Source of the DNA: Mytilus trossulus
Lineage: Eukaryota
Assembly: GCF_036588685.1 (NCBI RefSeq)
Contig: NC_086379.1
Location: 85,064,001 to 85,128,000 of the forward strand
Reading direction: 5' to 3'
DNA length: 64,000 bases
A program made the position numbers and the translations under genes. The notes under the pieces are model-generated. The model ran no database searches and was not told the DNA's origin. It worked only from the letters and a program-made list of their open reading frames with translations. Of this stretch, positions 1 through 26,800 are shown in pieces; the first letter of the stretch is position 1; the number at the start of each line of letters is the position of its first letter.

Positions 1-14501
<14,501 letters not shown>

Positions 14502-14755
14502 TACATAGAAAAATTTAATAAATGTTCATTTCGTAACAGAAATTGTGATCCAACGAACTGAAATTACTCGTCCATCTCTGTGCTAAATTTAACGTTCATG
14601 TCCCGCACTTAATGAATAATAAAATATTGTAATTGTTTTAGTAAAAGGATAGAACTTCAAATCCTATAAAATTATTTGCTTTCTTTTTAAAGTTTACAAC
14701 TGATAAAAAATAATGAATTCATTTTAATCATTTTTATTTTGTGCAGGACAGTGAC
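14502..14755. promoter_or_regulatory. Putative bidirectional promoter / 5'UTRs shared by SMG1 and NOL11
   Basis: Divergent ATGs at 14501 (-) and 14756 (+), 254 bp apart; TSS positions cannot be read from sequence. Confidence 0.6.
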
Positions 14756-14884
14756 ATGGCGACCATCGGAGAATCAGTCGCGGTCTTGCACGTGAAAGAT
14801 GCAAAATTAGAAGATGTAGGCGATTCGTTTGAACCAACACACATAACAGTTACATACAATACAAAATATATATCAGTTGTCGAG
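14756..14884 (+). CDS. NOL11: NOL11 exon 1
   Basis: gacATGG...GAG|gtattt; MATIGESVAVLHVKD...YISVVE. Confidence 0.85.
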
Positions 14885-17800
14885 GTATTTACTGTTATTC
14901 TGATTCTAAAGGCTGACATTACTTTTTATATACTAAAATAAAAAAAATCTTGAGTAAATCGGATTACAGCAGTACACGGGCACCTGCCGAATTGACTTCA
15001 AAGAGGTGTCGCTGTGACTAGATGCCGCTTTAACCAGGTGCCGATTTGACTTTTTCTATGGGTGCCGATTTGACTTGTACCCGACTATAGGCTTACGGTG
15101 CCAGGATACCAAAATTCTAGTCATTTCGGCACCTGGTTAGATCGTCACTGGAATAGACAATTTGGCACCTAGTTTGTATGCAAACAACCTTCACAATAAT
15201 TTAAATAAACAGTCTAGTAAATACAGGAAGTGATATTTATAACAAAGCCCAGAGCCAGAGTGTGAAATCTTAATAGGGCTCTTCACCAGGTTGGGAACAA
15301 ACCCCCTGGATGGTGATTATACCTGTATAGAGGGATAAACCTTCTTTAGAGGGATAAAATTATCCCTCTATAGAGGGGTATTTGTGTTTGCACTGGATTT
15401 AAAGCAAATTAGGGCAGAATGGCATTTTCTAATTATATTTGCTATAATCTCTAGCAGTATGTGCATCAACATATGCACTTTACTACAAATTGGGATAACC
15501 CGTTTTCTGCTAAAGTGACAAAACATGAAATCTATTGTATACCTATCTGAACACCTGATCAACATCAAAAGGAATAGTTGACCTTTAAATTTCATGTTAA
15601 ATCTAACAATAGAAATTCTGTTCAGTGAGGCATAAGTGAGTAGAATTTACCTGATCATCACAGCTTTCAATCATGGTGAACAATAGATTTTATATTTAGT
15701 CAGATAAGCAGCAAACTGGGCATGTGCATATTAAACTAAGTACATCAATTGGTGCATCAACTGTTGCAGGTTACTGCCATAATAAGTAGAGAATGCCATT
15801 CTGCCCTGTTATGATTTAAATCCAGTCTAAACAAAAATACCCCTCTAAAGAGGGATAATTTTATCCCTCTATAGAAGGTTTATCCCTCTATACAGGTATA
15901 ATCACCATAGAGAGGGTTTGTTCCCAACCTGTTCACGGTTAGTTCGGCCATATTGGATAGGGGGCAGATTTTCATAGTAGATGTAAAAATAGTGTGAAAA
16001 ATACGGGAAAACATCATTAAAACAGCTGTTGCATGGAAACACACAGGATTTCCCACATTTTCATACTTTTTCCACCTCCTTCCAAAAAATCTGCCCCTAT
16101 CCAATATGTCCGAACTTACCGTGAAGAGCCCTATTATCATTCTTTTGATTACATGGATCAAGATGTGTTTCTTACAGTCTCGCTAATTAGAGACAAGAAG
16201 AATTTAAGCAACAAGAAGAGACAAGAAGATTTTTTGAGCCACAAGAAGCAACAAGAAACTAGGGGACAAAGTCTGTATGAATAATTTTTTTTTTTATTTA
16301 AACAGGTTAGGCCCAAAAAAAATATATGTCTGTTTCCAACCGACCCTGACTCAAAACCCCTGACCCTAGATCTTTTTATTCAATTTCGGAAAAGAATCAT
16401 TTCGGTTTCGATCCAAATCCTTATCTTACTATGCCCAAACAATTAAAATGGCTGCTCCCAGCACAAATGTGCTACAATTAAGGTTAATAAAATGTTGGCA
16501 CTGTGAGGATTATTTAATTAAAGCTTCTTTAAAGAGATTAAATCATTTTTGGGTATAAAAAAAGGAGTGCCAAAATAAATTAAAAAAAAAAAAAAAAATC
16601 TAACCTACAGACCCTGATTTATTTGCCTTGGCAGCAGGAAATAGACATATATATTTTTTTGGCCTTAATAAAAGAAATGGAAATAATGTATCGTTTCAAT
16701 TTTGGTTCTGTTGTTATTTAGTTGTGACGTTATTTAAGTTATGACTTCATATTCAATGTAAACAAAGAAACGCTTTCATCAGGTAAACATACAAGCACAT
16801 TCACTCACCTAGCGTGATTTCTGTTCATTTGTCATCTTTCTTACAGACTGAAACACAGAAGACAGTGAAAAGTTGGTCAGTAAGAAGAGGACAAGAAATA
16901 ACCAGTCCTACAGTATGGAATGAAAAAGAAGGATTTCTTACTGTTATAGATAAAAAGGTAAATCAAGAGGTTAAAGATCAAACTCAAAATAACAAGAAAC
17001 TATGAAGACCGTGTAGAATTCCATGTCAATGTAAATTGTATATTTATAAAGTTAAGACGTGTTGAATGCATATTATTGAATGTCTCTTTGAATTTCACAA
17101 CTAAATCTGGGATTTTATAGACATCTATACCACTCTCTGAATGAACTTTTGTTTTTGTTTTTTCTAACTTTAGTTTGCCTCAACCAAATGTTATGAAACC
17201 TATACATAATACTTATAAAGCTTCAAATTGGGTGGTGTCAACTTTTACCATCCTTGAGTTATGCCCCTTCATATACTTAAAAATTGTTGATTTTTTTTTC
17301 CTTTCTGTAACTTTAGTTTGCCTCAACCAAATGTTATGAGACTGGTACACAATGATTATTACCACAAATCTAAGATCAAGTACAAATTTGGCATGTTTGG
17401 GTAGAATCACTTTTTCCATTCTTCAGTTATGTCCCTTTATATCTTTACATGATAATCAAGTGGGGTATCATCTGTGTCCCATGGACACATTCCCTATTTA
17501 TTTGAATAAAGATCTTTGAACTTCAAAGTATTTTATTAGTAAAGTATAACTGGCTGCCATCTTGTTAGTACAGTAGACTCCGGCCAATCGGATACCCAAA
17601 ATGTCAGCTAAAAATATCCAATTGTCCGATATATTCAATTAGCCGATGAACGAATATTCCTCCAATTTATTTTTCAAAATTGACAGACACAACCCAAAGA
17701 TACCAGTAGCTATTATAGCTGCTTTATTAATGGAAGTTTGTAACTAATCACAATGTTTTTTTCAGGTACAAGTTCGGATAATTCGGTTGATTGGGTAATA

Positions 17801-20800
17801 GATGATCATAGATCGATCAGTTCAAGACAGCTGATTAATAATGTATTTTGTTTATCTGTCAGTCTGTTGATTTTTTAATTATGTGTTGATTATCTGAATA
17901 GAATATGTACCTCTTAAATAATAAGACTTGTTGTTTTTGCGTGATTTGTTTCATTTGTGTGTTAAAACAGGTAAAAGCTAAAAATAACTATGAATTCTCG
18001 GAAGTAGGCCACAGGTAAATCTATTAATAGCCTAAGAAGTTGATCGAACTCGGATCTAATTTTCTACAGTTTTTTATTTATGAAACACATTTCCAATTTC
18101 AAGTAATACAACTACTTTTATGATTATAAAATTGGACATCAAGATGAGTAAAATTAATTTGCTTTTCTATTTTATCTGTCATGGTTCAAAATAAAAGGCT
18201 GAATATTATGTAAATTAGGAAAATGGCGCATGTGTGTACAAGTTACATAATTCTATTTCACCAGGGATATGCTATTGACACACAATTCCTTATTTTTACA
18301 CGGGACTTTTATATATATTTTAATAAATTGTTGAGAAAGAGGTACTTTTCATTCATATTTAATAAATATTGATGAACATCACGCACAGTTTATTATTTCT
18401 GTTGTGTCCTTGTTTGTGAAGTAAATGATAACGATCACATTTGGATAAACACATAACAAACACATCTTAGGCAAAATATAATATCAGATTCATAAAATAA
18501 ACAAGACAACAAGAAGAAACATGTTTTATTTGACTATAAAAGATCGTTTTATTAATAAAATGAAACATTTCTGTACTGAAGTTTTCTTAAACTTCGTCAT
18601 GGCGCAACTTCCGGCTTCATTTCCTGTCAAGAAAAATATGAAATTATTTCAAAATATTCGACTGTACATGGTTTTCACACATTTTTCATGAATATGCCTA
18701 TCCAATTAACCGATATATTCTAATAACCGATATTCGATTATCCGATGTATTTTGACTGAAATGTATAGGGAATGGTTCGGTGTTTTGAAATAATATTACA
18801 ATAGCCAATATATTCGTTTAACCGATATCCGATTAGGTGGAGTCTACTGTATATATAACCCCTTTTTCATGACTGGAGTTTTCTTTAAAATGATAATGTC
18901 TCCGTTCAATAAGTTAACAGTCTACTCTATCTTGTATTATTTGTCATGGTAAATTGATATTGATCAGATTTTATATTAACAAATATTAAATTACAATGTA
19001 CTTTGAATTATACAAATAACTACTAGCTTTGTATATATAGAGATAAAAAACTTAAGTTTATTGTTGGGTGGTAGCTTTACATGGGAGTTATTAGTTAAAA
19101 TCAACAGAGACGAGTTCCGTTAGTATAGAAAGTCTCCCTGGTCTAATTATCAATAAAGTTGCCATTACAACAAATGTCACACTTAAGAGTATTAATCCAT
19201 GTGCATTGTTTTATAGGAAGTGAGATTGTGGACAAAAGATGAAGTCAACTTTGAAAAATGTAAAAAGAAACATGTGAGTATTACTAAAAGTATCTATGTT
19301 GTATGACCATTAGTAGAAACATGTGAGTATTACTAAAAGTAGCTATGTTGTATGACCATTAGAAACATGTGAGTATTACTAAAAGTATCTATGTTGTATG
19401 ACCAGTAGAAACATGTGAGTATTACTAAAAGTATCTATGTTGTATGACCATTAGTAGAAACATGTGAGTATTACTAAAAGTATCTATGTTGTATGACCAT
19501 TAGAAACATGTGAGTATTACTAAAAGTATCTATGTTGTATGACCATTAGAAACATGTGAGTATTACTAAAAGTATCTATGTTGTATGACCATTAGAAACA
19601 TGTGAGTATTACTAAAAGTATCTATGTTGTATGACCATTAGAAACATGTGAGTATTACTAAAAGTATCTATGTTGTATGACCATTAGTAACATGTGAGTA
19701 TTACTAAAAGTATCTATGTTGTATGACCATTAGAAACATGTGAGTATTACTAAAAGTATCTATGTTGTATGACCATTAGAAACATGTGAGTATTACTAAA
19801 AGTATCTATGTTGTATGACCATTAGAAACATGTGAGTATTACTAAAAGTATCTATGTTGTATGACCATTAGAAACATGTGAGTATTACTAAAAGTATCTA
19901 TGTTGTATGACCATTAGAAACATGTGAGTATTACTAAAAGTATCTATGTTGTATGACCATTAGAAACATGTGAGTATTACTAAAAGTATCTATGTTGTAT
20001 GACCATTAGAAACATGTGAGTATTACTAAAAGTATCTATGTTGTATGATCATTAGAAACATGTGAGTATTACTAAAAGTATCTATGTTGTATGACCATTA
20101 GAAACATGTGAGTATTACTAAAAGTATCTATGTTGTATGACCATTAGAAACATGTGAGTATTACTAAAAGTATCTATGTTGTATGACCATTAGAAACATG
20201 TGAGTATTACTAAAAGTATCTATGTTGTATGACCATTAGAAACATGTGAGTATTACTAAAAGTATCTATGTTGTATGACCATTAGAAACATGTGAGTATT
20301 ACTAAAAGTATCTATGTTGTATGACCATTAGAAACATGTGAGTATTACTAAAAGTATCTATGTTGTATGACCATTAGTAGAAACATGTGAGTATTACTAA
20401 AAGTATCTATGTTGTATGACCATTAGAAACATGTGAGTATTACTAAAAGTATCTATGTTGTATGACCATTAGTAGAAACATGTGAGTATTACTAAAAGTA
20501 TTTATGTTGTATGACCATTAGAAACATGTGAGTATTACTAAAAGTATCTATGTTGTATGACCATTAGTAGAAACATGTGAGTATTACTAAAAGTATCTAT
20601 GTTGTATGACCATTAGAAACATGTGAGTATTACTAAAAGTATCTATGTTGTATGACCATTAGAAACATGTGAGTATTACTAAAAGTATCTATGTTGTATG
20701 ACCATTAGAAACATGTGAGTATTACTTAAAGTATCTATGTTGTATGATCATTAGAAACATGTGAGTATTACTAAAAGTATCTATGTTGTATGACCATTAG

Positions 20801-23800
20801 AAACATGTGAGTATTACTAAAAGTATCTATGTTGTATGACCATTAGAAACATGTGAGTATTACTAAAAGTATCTATGTTGTATGACCATTAGAAACATGT
20901 GAGTATTACTAAAAGTATCTATGTTGTATGACCATTAGAAACATGTGAGTATTACTAAAAGTATCTATGTTGTATGACCATTAGAAACATGTGAGTATTA
21001 CTAAAAGTATCTATGTTGTATGACCATTAGAAACATGTGAGTATTACTAAAAGTATCTATGTTGTATGACCATTAGAAACATGTGAGTATTACTAAAAGT
21101 ATCTATGTTGTATGACCATTAGAAACATGTGAGTATTACTAAAAGTATCTATGTTGTATGACCATTAGAAACATGTGAGTATTACTAAAAGTATCTATGT
21201 TGTATGACCATTAGTAGAAACATGTGAGTATTACTAAAAGTATCTATGTTGTATGACCATTAGAAACATGTGAGTATTACTTAAAGTATCTATATGTTGT
21301 ATGACCATTAGAAACATGTGAGTATTACTAAAAGTATCTATGTTGTATGACCATTAGTAGAAACTTGTGAGTATTACTAAAAGTATCTATGTTGTATGAC
21401 CATTAGAAACATGTGAGTATTACTAAAAGTATCTATGTTGTATGACCATTAGAAACATGTGAGTATTACTAAAAGTATCTATGTTGTATGACCATTAGAA
21501 ACATGTGAGTATTACTAAAAGTATCTATGTTGTATGACCATTAGAAACATGTGAGTATTACTAAAAGTATCTATGTTGTATGACCATTAGTCTTGTTCCT
21601 ATATATATATATTTTTCTGGAAATTTCCCATTTGTAATCTGTCAATGAACATCTTTGACAATGTTTAACAAAGTTTGGTAATAAGATTAAAGAAAATAAA
21701 TTAACAGATAACATAAATGATTAAAGGTTCATGTTGAAGATAGTCTCATTAAAACATAAGAAAGTCTGATGTTAAAATAAAGGTTGTCAGGAAATCTCAA
21801 ACACATATTTTATTTATGCCATTTATTAGGACATTAGTGCTGTTTTATTGGTGAAAGTGAAGAATATATATACACCTACATAATGTTATATTTTTGAAAA
21901 GGCTGAAATTGTATCACTGCTGTTAATCATGTTACTAATATGTTCTCGTCCTGAATATTCTTGAAATAATTTTTGCATAAAGAGAGAAACAGCAATTGTT
22001 CACTGTAGTTTGCTGATCATTAAACAGAAATGATTTTGATATAAGTTTATAGTCTTATATAGCAACAGTACATGATTTTATTTTCAGTTTCAACACAACA
22101 TCCACCAGATATTGTCAGTAAAAGGGTATGAACCTGTTGTTGTGTGTGACAATGGAGCTGTCAATGTTCTGTCGAAGATCAAGGATTCCAATGGTACTCT
22201 AGAAGACGGGGATTTAATTCTGAAATGTCAGGCCTTCCTGATCAAAGACAGACTGGTTGTTCTCTGTTTAGTGCAGAAACAGGTAAATTACATCTAGAAG
22301 ATGGGGATTTAATTCTGAAATGTCAGGTATTCCTGATCAAAGACAGACTGGTTGTTCTCTGTTTAGTGCAGAAACAGGTAAATTACATCTAGAAGATGGG
22401 GATTTAATTCTGAAATGTCAGGTATTCCTGATCAAAGACAGACTGGTTGTTCTCTGTTTAGTACAGAAACAGGTAAATTACATCTAGAAGATGGGGATTT
22501 AATTCTGAAATGTCAGGCCTTCCTGATCAAAGACAGACTGGTTGTTCTCTGTTTAGTGCAGAAACAGGTAAATTACATCTAGAAGATGGGGATTTAATTC
22601 TGAAATGTCAGGCCTTCCTGATCAAAGACAGACTGGTTGTTTTCTGTTCAGTGCAGAAACAGGTAAATTACATCTAGAAGATGGGGATTTAATTCTGAAA
22701 TGTCAGGCATTCCTGATCAAAGACAGACTGGTTGTTCTCTGTTTAGTGCAGAAACAGGTTAATTACATCTAGAAGATGGGGATTTAATTCTGAAATGTCA
22801 GGCATTCCTGATCAAAGACAGACTGGTTGTTCTCTGTTTAGTGCAGAAACAGGTAAATTACATCTAGAAGATGGGGATTTAATTCTGAAATGTCAGGCCT
22901 TCCTGATCAAAGACAGACTGGTTGTTCTCTGTTTAGTGCAGAAACAGGTAAATTACGTCTAGAAGATGGGGATTTAATTCTGAAATGTCAGGCCTTCCTG
23001 ATCAAAGACAGACTGGTTGTTCTCTGTTTAGTGCAGAAACAGGTAAATTACATCTAGAAGATGGGGTTTAATTCTGAAATGTCAGTCATTCCTGATCAAA
23101 GACAGACTGGTTGTTCTCTGTTTAGTGCAGAAACAGGTAAATTACATCTAGAAGATGGGGATTTAATTCTGAAATGTCAGGCCTTCCTGATCAAAGACAG
23201 ACTGGTTGTTTTCTGTTTAGTGCAGAAACAGGTAAATTACATCTAGAAGATGGGGATTTAATTCTGAAATGTCAGGCCTTCCTGATCAAAGACAGATTGG
23301 TTGTTCTCTGTTGAATGCAGAAACAGGTAAATTACATCTAGAAGATGGGGATTTAATTCTGAAATGTCAGGCCTTCCTGATCAAAGACAGACTGGTTGTT
23401 TTCTGTTTAGTGCAGAAACAGGTAAATTACATCTAGAAGATGGGGATTTAATTCTGAAATGTCAGGCCTTCCTGATCAAAGACAGATTGGTTGTTCTCTG
23501 TTGAATGCAGAAACAGGTAAATTACATCTAGAAGATGGGGATTTAATTCTGAAATGTCAGTCATTCCTGATCAAAGACAGACTGGTTGTTTTCTGTTTAG
23601 TGCACAAGTAAGTGTGGCTGTAATTGTCCACCATTATTATTTCTGTATTTGAAGTTGGAAAGTATTTCTATTTGTTGTATACATATGTGAGAAAGTGATA
23701 TAGAAGCATTTTACTCATGCTATATTGGCATATAATAGAGATTTTGGTAAAATTTTACGACTTCTTAATTTCAACCACAATTACCAGTAAGCTAATTAGC

Positions 23801-26800
23801 ACAGGTCTGTCTCAACAAATAAAATATTCAAGCCAAATGGATAACATGTTATAAAAACAATAAGTGACCAAGGTGTCAATAAAAAACCTTAAAATTTTAA
23901 AAAGATGAACAATAACATATAGCTATAAGAAAGAATACAACATAGAAAAGGCTGAGTGAATCAAGGGTATAACAAACATAATATTCAAAATTATTCTTAT
24001 TAATTATTCATTACATTTTTCTTAAAAACTGACTCTAATCCTGATGGTATATTTTCAGAATAAAAGTTTACAGATGATTACACATACTTTCTCAGACGAT
24101 GATAGTACCTGGTCATGTGACACCAGTGACGTAGATTTACAGGTAGAAACACCTGTATGTACCTGTCACATGAAACAGTTTGGTCAGGAAGTCAGATGTC
24201 ATGTTTTATGTAAGTAAATAAGTAGATGTGGTATAGTTATCAATGAGACAACTTTCTGAAGCAGTTTGGTAATAATGCTAAATGTCATATGTTATGTTAG
24301 TGTAATATAGTGTAGTATAGTGTATTGAACAAATACAAAGATTCTACCAGATTCCAAATAATGTCAAAGTTAGCAACTTCAGGTCACTGTATGGCCTTCG
24401 ACAATGAGCAAAACCTATACTGCAGAGCAAGCTAAACAAAGGCCCTGACATGAGTATATAATGATTGCTGGAAGGGCAGTAACTTACAATGCCTGAATAC
24501 ATAATTATTACTTGGAGGAAAGTCGACTTCAATGTTTGAATTTATTAGTCTTGATTCTTTATATTTGTGTTTAAAAAAATGTTAAATGTTTTATTTTTAT
24601 TCACTCATTTAGACATACAGAGAGTGATAGGGAAAACTACATTTTTGTTGGTAAAATCAAATTCACTTTGAGGCATAAAAATTGTGAAAGTGAGAACTAC
24701 AACTTTTGTCAGTACAAGTCCAAAGCATATATTAGACAGACACACAGAGAAAGATAGTGAGAATTACTACTTTTGTCAGTACAAGTCCAAAGCATATATT
24801 AGACAGACACACAGAGAAAGATAGTGAGAATTACTACTTTTGTCAGTACAAGTCCAAAGCATATATTAGACAGACACACAGAGAAAGATAGTGAGAATTA
24901 CTACTTTTGTCAGTACAAGTCCAAAGCATATATTAGACAGACACACAGAGAAAGATAGTGAGAATTACTACTTTTGTCAGTACAAGTCCAAAGCATATAT
25001 TAGACAGACACACAGAGAAAGATAGTGAGAATTACTACTTTGTTGGTAAAAATGAAATAAACACACAATAATTAGTGTTTTCCTTACAAATGTTATGTGG
25101 CATCCTAGTAAACAAGAAATATAAAAACTATTTTTTGTTATTTGAAATTATAGCATTACATCTATAATACTAATTTAAAGAAATCAGTTTATATTGCATC
25201 TTTAACAAGGAGTATAGCATCACATTTAAATACCATGAAAAGCCTAAATATGACTTACATGTATATATATATATATTTTCAGATTCCAGTGGTGACCTTC
25301 ATAGTTTAAACATTTCACCTTTAACTAACAGTATCAGAAGTCAGAAATTATGTCATTTAAACTGTTTACAGAAGTCTATTTCCATGGTCATACTAAATTC
25401 AACACATATTGCTATTGCTGGAATCAAACAAGGCAACCACAGTAAGAAATCACCTATCAAAATCATAGAAATCACCTATCAAAATCATAGAAATCACCTA
25501 TCAAAACCATAGAATTGTAACACTTTACAGTAAGAAATCACCTACCAAAACCATAGTATTGTAACACTTTACAGTAAGAAATCACCTATCAAAACCATAG
25601 AATTGTAACACTTTACAGTAAGAAATCACCTATCAAAAACATAGAATTGTAACACTTTACAGTAAGAAATCACCTATCAAAACCATAGAATTGTAACACT
25701 TTACAGTAAGAAATCACCTATCAAAAACATAGAATTGTAACACTTTACAGTAAGAAATCACCTATCAAAACCATAGAATTGTAACACTTTACAGTAAGAA
25801 ATCACCTATCAAAACCATAGAATTGTAACACTTTACAGTAAGAAATCACCTACCAAAACCATAGAATTGTAACACTTTACAGTAAGAAATCACCTACCAA
25901 AACCATAGAATTGTAACACTTTACAGTAAGAAATCACCTATCAAAACCATAGAATTGTAACACTTTACAGTAAGAAATCACCTATCAAAACCATAGAATT
26001 GTAACACTCTACAGTAAGAAATCACTTATCAAAACCATAGAATTGTAACACTTTACAGTAAGAAATCACCTATCAAAACCATAGAATTGTAACACTTTAC
26101 AGTAAGAAATCACCTATCAAAACCATAGAATTGTAACACTCTACAGTAAGAAATCACCTATCAAAACCATAGAATTGTAACACTTTACAGTAAGAAATCA
26201 CCTATCAAAACCATAGAATTGTACCACTTTACAGTAAGAAATCACCTATCAAAACCATAGTATTGTAACACTTTACAGTAAGAAATCACCTATCAAAACC
26301 ATAGTATTGTAACACTTTACAGTAAGAAATCACCTATCAAAACCATAGTATTGTAACACTTTACAGTAAGAAATCACCTATCAAAACCATAGAATTGTAA
26401 CACTTTACAGTAAGAAATCACCTATCAAAACCATAGAATTGTAACACTTTACAGTAAGAAATCACCTATCAAAACCATAGAATTGTAACACTCTACAGTA
26501 AGAAATCACCTATCAAAACCATAGAATTGTAACACTCTACAGTAAGAAATCACCTATCAAAACCATAGAATTGTAACACTCTACAGTAAGAAATCACCTA
26601 TCAAAACCATAGAATTGTAACACTCTACAGTAAGAAATCACCTATCAAAAACATAGAATTGTAACACTTTACAGTAAGAAATCACCTATCAAAACCATAG
26701 AATTGTAACACTTTACAGTAAGAAATCACCTATCAAAACCATAGAATTGTAACACTCTACAGTAAGAAATCACCTATCAAAACCATAGAATTGTAACACT

